From assembly GCA_037131955.1 (NCBI GenBank), contig JBAXQC010000006.1, forward strand, positions 2,388 through 66,387: 64,000 bases of DNA, given 5' to 3'. The translations under genes were made by a program, and so were the position numbers. The notes beneath the pieces are model-generated. The model was not told the origin of the DNA, searched no databases, and was given only the letters and a program-made list of their open reading frames with translations. Below are positions 29,932 to 41,600 of the stretch, piece by piece. Every line of letters starts with the position of its first letter. The first letter of the stretch is position 1. Source of the stretch: Bacteroidota bacterium. GTDB lineage: Bacteria > Bacteroidota > Bacteroidia > UBA4408.

Positions 29932-31986
29932 ATGAGTACACTAAAAAAACTAAAAAGTTATGCTGTTGGAAGCTGGATTGAAGGAACAGACGACGGTATT
30001 ATTCTAAAAGACTCGATTAACGGAAACGATTTGTTTTTGGCAAGTTCAAAAGGCTTAGACTTTAAAGAAATGTTAAGCTACGCAAAAACTATTGGTGGAC
30101 CAGCTTTACGTAAAATGACATTCCATCAAAGAGCTAGAATGATTAAAGCGCTGGCTCTGCATTTGGGAACTAAAAAAGAGTTGTTTTATAAGTTATCCTA
30201 CTCAACCGGTGCAACCAAAATAGACAGTTGGATAGATATAGAAGGTGGTATAGGAAACTTATTTGTATATGCCAGTAAAGGCAGAAGAGAGTTGCCCGAC
30301 GAAACTTTTTTAATGGATGGCAATCAAGAAAATATTTCTAAAAATGGAACATTTACTGCCCAGCACATATGTGTTCCATTAGAAGGAGTTGCAATTCACA
30401 TTAATGCATTTAATTTCCCTGTTTGGGGAATGCTAGAAAAAATTGCTGTTAATTTTTTAGCAGGGATGCCTACCATCGTAAAGCCGGCAACCGTTACCTG
30501 TTATCTTACGCACTTGGTAGTAGAAGAAATAGTACAATCAAATATTTTACCTGCAGGTGCTTTGCAACTTATTTGTGGCTCCGCAGGAGATATATTAAAT
30601 TATTTAGATTGTCAAGATGTAGTAACTTTCACAGGCTCTGCAAGTACAGGAAAAATGCTTAAATCTCACCCTACAATTTTAGAAAATTCAGTGAGGTTTA
30701 ATATGGAAGCCGATTCATTAAATTGCTCAATTTTAGGCACAGATGCTAATCCATCAACTCCAGAGTTTTCTTTGTTCGTAAAAGAAGTCGTAAAAGAAAT
30801 GACAGTTAAAGCAGGTCAGAAATGTACTGCCATAAGAAGGATTATTGTTCCAGAAAATTTACTAGAAGATGTTTCCAAAGCAATTGTTGAAAAATTAAAA
30901 ACTACAACAATCGGAAATCCACAAACCGATGGAGTTAGAATGGGTGCATTAGCAGGTAAAGACCAAGTAAACGATGTTGCATCAAAAATTAATGAACTAA
31001 AAAAATCTTGCGAGCTTGTTTACGGTAATCAATCAGAAATGCAATTGATTGATGCAAATGCAAATGACGGCTCATTTTTTTCTCCAACTTTATTGTATTG
31101 TAAAAATCCTTTAAGTAATATTGCTCCTCACGAAATAGAAGCCTTTGGTCCTTGTAGTACAATAATGCCTTACAGTTCAATTGAAGAAGCAGCCCTAATT
31201 TCAAAAATGGGAAAAGGGAGTTTGTGTTCATCAATTTTTACTGCAGACAATTCAATTGCAAAAAGTTTAGTATTAAACACTGCTGCCATGCATGGCCGCT
31301 TAGTTGTAATAAATGAACGCTGTGCAAAAGAATCAACCGGACATGGAAGTCCTCTGCCACATTTAGTTCACGGTGGTCCGGGTAGAGCAGGTGGTGGAGA
31401 AGAAATGGGTGGAATTAGAGGGGTTCATCATTACATGCAGAGAACTGCTATTCAAGGATCTCCAACAACCTTAACTCACATAACAAATACTTACCTAACT
31501 GGTTCCGACACAAAAGAAGATAAAATACATCCGTTTAGAAAATATTTTGAAGAATTAGAAATTGGTGAAACACTTTTTACCCACAAACGAACAGTTACTG
31601 AAGCGGATATAGTAAATTTTGCAGGAATAAGCGGCGATTATTTTTATGCTCATACCGATGAAACCTCTTTAGAAGGTTCAATTTTCGAAAAAAGAGTTGC
31701 TCATGGATATTTTGTTATTTCTGCAGCAGCTGGGCTTTTTGTTGACCCTAAAAAAGGACCTGTTTTAGCTAATTACGGATTGGATAGTTTGCGTTTTATA
31801 CAACCAGTATATGTTGGTGACACAATTAAGGTAAAACTAACATGTAAACGAAAAACTGAAAAAGAAGACAGAGAAGGACAAATTCCCCAAGGCGTTGTGG
31901 AGTGGGCTGTAGAAGTAAGTAATCAGAAAAACGAAATTGTGGCAATTGAAACAGTTTTAACGCTAGTTGCAAAGAAACCACTATGA
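29932..31986 (+). CDS. paaZ: Bifunctional PaaZ: oxepin-CoA hydrolase (C-terminal MaoC hot-dog) / 3-oxo-5,6-dehydrosuberyl-CoA semialdehyde dehydrogenase (N-terminal ALDH)
   Basis: 684 aa. N-terminal ALDH domain (catalytic Cys context ...GQKCTAIRRIIV..., FTGSASTG), C-terminal MaoC-like dehydratase domain (...NFAGISGDYFYAHTDE...HGYFVISAAAG...). Architecture diagnostic for PaaZ. Confidence 0.85.
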   Translation: MSTLKKLKSYAVGSWIEGTDDGIILKDSINGNDLFLASSKGLDFKEMLSYAKTIGGPALRKMTFHQRARMIKALALHLGTKKELFYKLSYSTGATKIDSWIDIEGGIGNLFVYASKGRRELPDETFLMDGNQENISKNGTFTAQHICVPLEGVAIHINAFNFPVWGMLEKIAVNFLAGMPTIVKPATVTCYLTHLVVEEIVQSNILPAGALQLICGSAGDILNYLDCQDVVTFTGSASTGKMLKSHPTILENSVRFNMEADSLNCSILGTDANPSTPEFSLFVKEVVKEMTVKAGQKCTAIRRIIVPENLLEDVSKAIVEKLKTTTIGNPQTDGVRMGALAGKDQVNDVASKINELKKSCELVYGNQSEMQLIDANANDGSFFSPTLLYCKNPLSNIAPHEIEAFGPCSTIMPYSSIEEAALISKMGKGSLCSSIFTADNSIAKSLVLNTAAMHGRLVVINERCAKESTGHGSPLPHLVHGGPGRAGGGEEMGGIRGVHHYMQRTAIQGSPTTLTHITNTYLTGSDTKEDKIHPFRKYFEELEIGETLFTHKRTVTEADIVNFAGISGDYFYAHTDETSLEGSIFEKRVAHGYFVISAAAGLFVDPKKGPVLANYGLDSLRFIQPVYVGDTIKVKLTCKRKTEKEDREGQIPQGVVEWAVEVSNQKNEIVAIETVLTLVAKKPL

Positions 31987-32663
31987 AATCAATAATTTTT
32001 AAGAATAAGTTTTATAATCTTGGTTTTGCCTCTATTTACCTTTAATATCAGTTTTTCTGTGAATTAATGCTATTTGCTAAGAAAAATTCAAAATGAGAAT
32101 CCTCCATTCAAAAAAGCTTTTTATGTTTTGAAGTTTGACAGCTCTCTAGTTAAAAACAAATTTTGTAAAAATTGCAGCGAAATCAAAATCAAAAAAAGTA
32201 AAGATTCAATAAAATAGTGGATTTCTTTTTCATCCAATTCAGCAAGGGTAATTCTGTAACGGCTATTTTAAACAACTTAGTGTATTTCTTTTAAATAGCA
32301 TAGAAAATGAGGTAAAAAAATAGTAAAAAAAATCCCCCAAATTGTTCTTTTTTAATTGATAAATGATACACAAGTTTATTCTAGTAAACAGAAGATTATC
32401 AGTGGAATAAGCAGTGAAATTGATTGTAAATAATTGAAACAGTTTAAACTAATTCCAGATGAACGGATTATATCTATTGTTAACGGCAAACCCTTATTAT
32501 CAAAAACAGAATTCACTTTTCACCTTCCTTAAATTTTTCTTAACAACGCCTTAAATGTGAATTAATTAATTGAATTAACACAGATTTATTAATAATTCAT
32601 GATAATTTTTTTTGAATTTCCCAAAGCTAATGTTACTTTCGCCTTTTTAAATAATTTACATAA

Positions 32664-35600
32664 TTGAATATTTATAAAATTACTATGATAAAACTAAGGA
32701 AGAAATCGGCAAGGATTGTAACAATTCTTTCCATTTTTTTATTTGGAGTACTCCCTGCCAAGGCTACAATTTATCCAATAACTCAAATTAACGATGGAAA
32801 TTTACCGGCAGGTTTGCCCGGTTCACTCAGAGAAGCAATAAACTTTGCCAATGTTTTTTCTGCAGGCTTAGATACCATCGATATGTCTGCTGTAAGTTCA
32901 GTAACTACAATTTCTGAATTGCCATTTTTGGCTTCAGATGTTTTGATTATTGGTCCAAATGGTTCGTTGTGTACTATCAATGGAACTCTTGTTAATAGTG
33001 TATTAACAATTGCCAATACTGGTAGTGGAACGCCCAATGTTGAAATAAGAAACATTTCTTTCCAAAATGGTTTTGGAGACGGTGGTGGATTAAATATCCA
33101 AAACTCAAATGTAATTTTAAACAATTGCCTAATAACAAATAATTTTGGCTCTCAAAATATAGGTGGAGGGGTAAGAATAACAAATTCTACAGTTCAAATT
33201 TTAAACTCCACTGTAAGCAATAATTTAAATTTTGGAGGAATTGGTGGAGGTATCGCCACTTCTGGTCAATGTTCCTTAACTGTTCGCAATTCTACCATCT
33301 TTGGAAACAGATCTGCTGTAGGAGGCGGTTTTGATATTATTAATCCATCTGAAATTAATATAATTAATTGTACTGTAACAAACAACATTTCAACCGGTTT
33401 GGGTGGAGGCTTTTACATCAATGCAGGCGCAATTCAAATTAATAATTCAATAATTGTTAACAATAGTGCACAAAGTTCATTAAACTTAGGAAATGATATT
33501 CAAATAAATCCTGATACTGCTCAAGACAGAATCTTATCTACATTCGGACATAATATTATTGGAGATTTAACCGGGTTTGCATTTGAATCAGGTGCTAATT
33601 TAACGGGCAATATTATTCCATTATCAAATAATTCTGTTCTAGATTTCCCACCTGTTTTAGGTTCTAATGGAGGAGCAACACCAACAGTTTCATTAAATGC
33701 TTGCAGCCAGGCAATTGATGCAGGAAACGACCTTGGTGCAAGTTCAACTGATCAAAGAGGAACCCCAAGAGTAAACACTTCAGATATTGGAGCGTATGAG
33801 TATCCGGCTTTAATTCCTGTGAGTGGCTCTAGTTGTGGCCCCTTATCTGTTCAACTTTCAGTTTCTGGAGGCACTTCTGGAGCAAATGCTTACAATTGGT
33901 TTGATGCACAAACAGGTGGAAATGTTGTTCAAACAAATTCAGCTGTTTTTAATACTCCAATTCTAAGTACAACAACAACTTTTTATGTTGCAGAGGCTGC
34001 TGCTTGTGCAAATCCCAAAAGATATCCTGTTGTTGCCACCATCTTTCCTATACCTCCAACACCTACAATAAATGTAAATGGACAACCAACTACAATATGC
34101 GACAATGATTCCATCACATTAAATGCAGAAGTATCACAAAGCGGTTTGCAGTTTTTGTGGAATCCGGGTGGACAAACTACACCTTCCATAACAGTTTCTA
34201 CTCAAGCCAGCTATACAGTTACAGTTATTTCTTCTGATAATTGTACTGCAATTTCTGCTCCTTTGCAAATAAATGTAGTTTCACCACCTCCAATACCTAC
34301 AATTTTTACTTCATCAGGAAGTACGTCTGCTTGCCAAGGATCTACAGTTACACTAACCTCTAGCAGTACATTCCCAAATGTTTGGAGTACCGGCGAAACA
34401 ACTCAACAAATTACTGTTTCTGCCCCAATAACTTATACAGTTACCACTTCTAGTGCAGCTAATTGTTCCTCTTCAAATTCTTTTACATTAATTAATTTCC
34501 CATCTCCTCCAACACCTGTAATAAGTTTAAACAATGGTGTTACTCCCTTCTGCTTTGGACTCGGAAATGATGTGGAATTAATTTCTGATATTGCACCTAC
34601 TTCAGATTTTTCACTCCTTTGGTCAAATGGTCAAACTACTCAAACAGCTACATTTGATACAACCGGAGATTACACAGTAATTTTAACCGACCAAAATAAT
34701 TGCACCGTTTCCTCATTACCTTTTAATATTGTTTCAAACATTCCTGTTGTTCCTGTAATAACTGCCAGTGGTGACACTACTTTTTGTGATGGTTTAAATG
34801 TTGTTCTTACCTCAACTCCTGCAAATTCATACAATTGGTCGGTAGGAGGAAATACAAACGAAGTAACAGTTTCTACAACTCAAACTGTTACAGTAACCAC
34901 CATAGACGCAAATGGTTGCGAGGCAACTTCCTCCCCAAGGATTATTACAAATGTTCCCAATACTGTCCCAGTTATTTCACCTGCAGGACCAATCACTATA
35001 TGCGAAGGTCAAAGTGTTACACTTACAAGTAATGTTGCTGTAGGAAATTTATGGAGTACAAATGAAACAAGCTCTTCAATAATTGTTACGACCCCTGGTG
35101 TATTTACAACTTTGCTAGATGGATGTTCCTTGCCTTCTGCACCAGTTGAAGTTTTTGTAAATACATCTCCAATTGCTCCGGTTGTAACTGCAGATGGACC
35201 GCTTGTTTTTTGTGAAGGCGGTGTTGTAAATCTTACTGCAGTAGTTGGAACCGGAGACGTATTATGGAGTAATAATATAGCCAACACTAATACCATTTCG
35301 GTTATTGAATCTGGTTCATATTCTGTAACTGAAACAAATGGTTTAAATTGTTCAACAACTTCCAACGTAATTGTTGTTACTGTAAATCCACTTCCAACAG
35401 CACCAGTTATTTCAGCTCAAGGGCCAATTGTATTTTGTGAAGGTGAATCAGTTTCATTGTTATCTAATATAAATGACGTTGTATGGTCAAACGGAATATC
35501 TGCAGCAGGCATTACTGTTTCTAATTCAGGCTCGTTTAGCGCTGTTGTTACCGACGGTAGCAATTGTTCATCAACTTCCAATATTATCAATGTTACAGAA

Positions 35601-38600
35601 AATGTGCCAGTTACGCCATTAATTGTTGCAGATGGTCCGCTTAATTTTTGTCAAGGAGCTTCTGTAAATTTAACTGCTGTTCCTTCTGCTGTTTCCTATT
35701 CATGGACAAATGGAGGAAATCAAGAAACAATAAATGTTACACAATCTGCGCAAATTTTATCTGTTACAACAATAGATAACAACGGATGCTCTGCTACATC
35801 ACTGCCAATTGAAGTTATTGTAAATCCGGTGCAAACTCCAACAATTTCTCCTTCGGCTAATGTTGCTTTTTGTGATGGAGGTTCAGTAGTACTTACAAGT
35901 AATAGTGCTACAGGTAACTTGTGGAGCACTGGTGAAACCACACAAAGTATTACAGTAAATTCGTCTCAAACAATTACTGTAGAAATACAAGGTTGTTCCA
36001 CTCCCTCTGCACCAGTGGTGGTAACCGTAAATCCAATACCCTCTGCACCAGTAATTTCATCGCCCACAAACTTTGTTAATTGTTCTAATTTACCGGTAGT
36101 ATTAACTTCAACTGCGGCAACTGGTTATTCCTGGAGCAATGGTTTAGGAAATAACCAAACAGCACAAACCAACCAACCTGGAGATTATACGGTTACAATT
36201 TTTGATATTAATTCATGTTCAGCTACTTCAAGTCCGGTTACAGTTTCTTTTAATCAAATTCCAGCACCACCTCAAATTACAACTAATTTAGGCTCTAATA
36301 CTATTTGTACAGGTGGAAGTTTAACATTAACATCAAATTATACTGCGGGAAATGTTTGGAGTAATGGCCAAACAACTCAGTCAATTACCGTTTCTGCCGG
36401 TGGAGTATACTCTGTTACTCATACAGACATAAATGGATGTACTTCTTTTGAAGCATTAATAAATGTTGTCGAAATACCTGCTGTGGTTCCAACAATAACT
36501 GCAAATGGCCCATTAACTTTTTGTGAGGGTGGTTCAGTAATTTTAACTTCTTCAATTCCTTTCGGAAATGTTTGGAGTACAGGTTCTAATGCACCATCAA
36601 TAGAAGTGAATCAAACTACCTCCAACATAACTGTTGCAAATGAAGCGTGCAACATAAGCTCTCTACCCGTTTCAGTTGTTGTTAATGAAAATCCTGCAAC
36701 ACCAGCAATCACTCCAGCCGGTCCTATTGAAATATGTCAAGGAAGTGCGGCTACCCTTATTTCTAGTTCCCTAACCGGAAACACCTGGAGCAACGGACAA
36801 ACAGGAAATCAAATTAATGTAACAGAATCTGGTAATTATTCTTTAATAGTAACAAACGCTCAAGGTTGTTCAGCGTCATCAAATACAGTAAATGCTCAAG
36901 TATTTACATTTCCAAACCTAGTATTAAATGATATTAACCAATGTGCCAACAGCATTGTTATCTCAGCTGGTAATAATGGTTCTACATACCTATGGAGCAA
37001 TGGAGCAACTACACAAGATATTACTTTAACAAGTTCGGTACAAAATTTAACTGTTGAGATAACCAATGTTTGTGGAACTTTTGTAAGTCAGCCAATTGAT
37101 GTTACCTTAAGTCCCGTTCCTGTTGTAAATATAGGCGGACCATTCTCTTCGTGTGTAAATCCTGTTACGCTTGATGCAGGAAATGCTGGCTCAACTTATT
37201 TATGGAATGGTGGTCAAACAACACAAACTATTTCTGCTACTTCAAGCGGTCAATACTCAGTAATTGTAACAAATACCCAAAATTGTTCGGCTATTGGTTT
37301 TGCAGATGTTTTAATAAACACAACTCCTCCAGAAGTTAATTTAAACAACGTAACGCAATGTGGTGGCAGCGTTACATTAGATGCAACAAATGCAGGGGCT
37401 ACTTATTTATGGTCTCCAAACGGAGAAACAACATCTAGTATTTCTGTAAGTCAAACTACTAATTCTATTACTGTAGCAGTAACAAATGCCTGCGGAACCA
37501 CAACAAGTACTCCAATTTCTGTAACTATTAATTCTGCTTCAATTGTAAATTTAGGAAATGATATTACTCAGTGTGGTGGAACAGTTCTTTTAGATGCCGG
37601 AATAAGTGGGGTTGCTTATGAATGGTCAGGTCCATCAGGTCCAATAAGTCAAACCACACAAACAATTACTGTTTCTCAAACCGGTTTATACACGGTTACA
37701 ATAACAGATGGAAATTCATGCAACGGTTCGGATCAAATATTTGTTAACCTAGATACTAGTTTACCTGTTGTAAATTTAGGAAACGCTATAACTCAATGCG
37801 GCGGTGTTGTTTTACTTGATGCACAAAACCCTGGTGCAACTTATTTGTGGAATAATGGTGAAACAACACAAACAATTAACATAAATCAAACAAGCAGTAG
37901 TTTTGTAGAAGTAACTAATGGTTGCGGAACAACAATTAGTGCTCCAATAATAGTAACAATAAATACTAGCCCAGTTGTAGACTTAGGTCAAGATATTACT
38001 CAATGTGGTGGTACTGTTGAATTGAATGCTGGAATTTCTGGCGCAACATCATACTCATGGTCCGGACCTTCACCAATTACTCAAACAACACAAACAATAA
38101 ATGTATCGCAAACGGGTACTTATTCAGTTTTGGTTACAGATGTTAATGGCTGTACTGGATCTGATAATATTTTTGTTAACCTCGAAAATAGTGTTCCGGT
38201 AGTAGATTTAGGAAACGATGTTTCGCAGTGTGGCGGCTCCGTTCAATTAGATGCAGGAAATATTGGTTCAACTTATGTTTGGAGCAATGCTGCAACAACT
38301 CAAATAATTTCAGTTTCTGAATCAGGAAGCTATTTTGTTACAGTATCCGGAGCATGTGGAACAACTGTTTCAGAACCAATAAACATTTCAATAAATCCTT
38401 CTCCTGTTGTTACAATAATCAATAATTCTCCTGTTTGTAATACTACAATAACATTAGATGCAGGAAATCCTGGTTCAACTTTTTTATGGACCCCCGGAAA
38501 TATTACAACCCAAGAGTTTGTTGCATCAACAAGTGGATTGTACTCGGTAATAGTAACCAATGCATTTAATTGTTCTACAACACAATCTACACAAGTAATA

Positions 38601-41600
38601 ATAGACAATAATATTCCTGTTGTAAATTTAGGAAATGACATTGCACAATGTGGAGGTGAGGCTACACTTGATGCCGGAAATGCTGGTGCAACATACTTAT
38701 GGAATTTTAATAACGCACAAACACAGACTATTCAAGTAAATCAGTCAGGAACATATACAGTGGATGTTACAAATGCTTGTGGAACAGGAACTGGTTCTAT
38801 TGATGTTGAAATTGGAACTGCTCCAATTGCATCAATAAGTCAAAATATAAGTGGCTGTAATTCGGCAATACTTTCAGTAGGAACCCAGCCTGCAGGAACT
38901 ACATTTAATTGGAATAATGGTGCAGGAACAAATCCAACATTTGACGTAACCGTTTCTGGTACTTACTCCGTAGTGGTAACAAACTCAGCAACTTGTTCTG
39001 TTTCATTAAGTACAACAGTAACAATTTTTAATCAAAACCCAGTAATAGATTTAGGTGTTGATATTGTTTCTTGTGGTTCAGTAACGCTTGATGCATTAAA
39101 CCTAGGTGCTAGCTATTTATGGAGTACAGGTGCTACAACACAAACAATAAACGTTACTCAATCTTCACTGTCGCCAATTTCAGTAACGGTAACAAATGCC
39201 TGCGGAACAACCACAAGCAATGCAATATCAGTTACAATTAGTCCAAACCTACCTGTGAATTTAGGTAATGATGTAACTGTTTGTAATTCTGCAACTCTCG
39301 ATGCCGGAAATCAACCATCTAACTCAACTTTTGTTTGGTCAGATGCAAACGGAGTAATTCCTGGAACTAATCAAACAATAACTGTTACAACAAGTGGAAC
39401 TTATTCTGTTCTAGTTACCGCACCAGATGGATGTACTGGAACAGACAATGTGGTAGTGAACATAGAAAACAATTTGCCGATTGTGGATTTGGGTGCAGCT
39501 AATCAAACAAACTGCGGAACTTTAACCCTAAATGCAGGGAACGCCGGAGCTACTTATTTATGGAGCACAGGAGCAACCACCCAAACAATAGATATTACTT
39601 CAACAACCAGCAACATTACGGTGGCAGTAACAAATGCCTGCGGAACAACCACAAGCAATGCAATATCAGTTACAATTAGTCCAAACCTACCTGTGAATTT
39701 AGGTAATGATGTAACTGTTTGTAATTCTGCAACTCTCGATGCCGGAAATCAACCATCTAACTCAACTTTTGTTTGGTCAGATGCAAACGGAGTAATTCCT
39801 GGAACTAATCAAACAATAACTGTTACAACAAGTGGAACTTATTCTGTTCTAGTTACCGCACCAGATGGATGTACTGGAACAGACAATGTGGTAGTGAACA
39901 TAGAAAACAATTTGCCGATTGTGGATTTGGGTGCAGCTAATCAAACAAACTGCGGAACTTTAACCCTAAATGCAGGGAACGCCGGAGCTACTTATTTATG
40001 GAGCACAGGAGCAACCACCCAAACAATAGATATTACTTCAACAACCAGCAACATTACGGTGGCAGTAACAAATGCCTGCGGAACAACAACAAGCAGTGCT
40101 GTAAACGTTACAATTACTCCTACACCTGTCGTAAATCTTGGAAACGACATTACACAATGTGCGGGGATAGTAACGTTAAATGCAGGAACCGGTGCTAATT
40201 CATACAGCTGGACAGGACCAGATGGCCCTATAACAGGAGGTTCAACAATTACTGTTAACCAGTCTGGAACATACAGTGTATTAGCTAACTTTGGAAACTC
40301 TTGCACCTCAACAGATACTATTGTTATTAACTATGCAGGTCAAGTTCCTTCATTAAATTTAGGTGGCCCTTATGATGTTTGCAGTGGAACAATAACATTA
40401 AATGCTCAAAATCCGGGTTCAACATATGTTTGGAGCAATAGTTCAACTAGTCAAACCATTGATGTAACATCTAGCGGAACGTATTCTGTAACAGTAACTA
40501 ATGCATGTGGCTCCACTTCAAGCTCAGCAATTATAAACATCATAAATGCCACTGCAGCAACAATAGTTGCCAGCGGTCCTACTACTTTCTGCCAAGGTGG
40601 TTCAGTTGTCTTAACTGCAACTCCTGGGGCTACATATCTTTGGATACCAAATGGCGAAACCACACAATCCATTACAGTAACAACAACAGGAGTTTACACC
40701 TGCACCGTTACATATACCAATGGATGTGCTTCTACCACACCTCTTACTCAGGTAAATGTTGAACAACCTGCCTCTGCTCCTGTTATAACTGCAAATGGAC
40801 CAACAACTTTCTGTCAAGGAGGTAGTGTGGTTTTAACTTCTAGTAATGCCCTAAATAATGTTTGGTCAAATGGAAGTTTCTCTCAAAGTATTGTTGTGTT
40901 TAATTCTGGAACTTATACCGTTTCAACTGTGGTTGGGTCTTGTTCTGTTGCCTCTGCGAGTATAAATGTTACCTCAAACCCTAGACCAAGTGCTATAATA
41001 AATACCGCAAATCCTACTACTTTCTGTCAAGGTGATACAGCTACCCTATTTGTTTCTTCTCCAACAGGAGTTAATTTCCAATGGTTTAAAGTTGGTTTAG
41101 GCGGTAACCCTGATATTCTATTAGGTTTAGGTGTATCTCAAGCAGTGTTTGCCTCTGGCGATTATTATGCATTGGTAACGGATAATAATGGTTGCACAAG
41201 GGCCTCATTCCCTCCTACAAATATTGTTGTAAAAGATTCAGTTACTACTCCTACAATTACTCAAGTAGGAACAATTTCTCCTTGTAATAACAAAGGAACA
41301 ATAACGCTAACTTCCTCTTCTTCAACAAACAATCAGTGGTCAACAGGTGCAACGTCACAGTCAATAACCGTGGAAAGTTCAGGAACATTTACTGTTACGG
41401 TTAGCAATGATTTCTGCTCCAAAATTTCAAAACCACTTGTAATTGAAGTAACACCAGGAGCTGCACTTGAACTTAAACTTGCTCCCAAAATTTATACTCC
41501 GGGTGATAACAACATAAGCGTAAATGGCGGCAGTGATGGAGAAATTGATTTAACTATAACAGGAGGTGTAAATCCATTCAACATTCAGTGGGTTGATTCA

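Noticed and set aside
33983-40817. Many 60-120-aa ORFs on the minus strand and in alternative plus frames inside the adhesin gene (e.g. 35009..35365, 38330..38641, 39992..40306, 40505..40762)
   Set aside because: They lie wholly within the long, clearly coding +1 frame of the adhesin. They are products of its repetitive Thr/Ser/Val/Asn-rich codon composition and have no independent starts or motifs.
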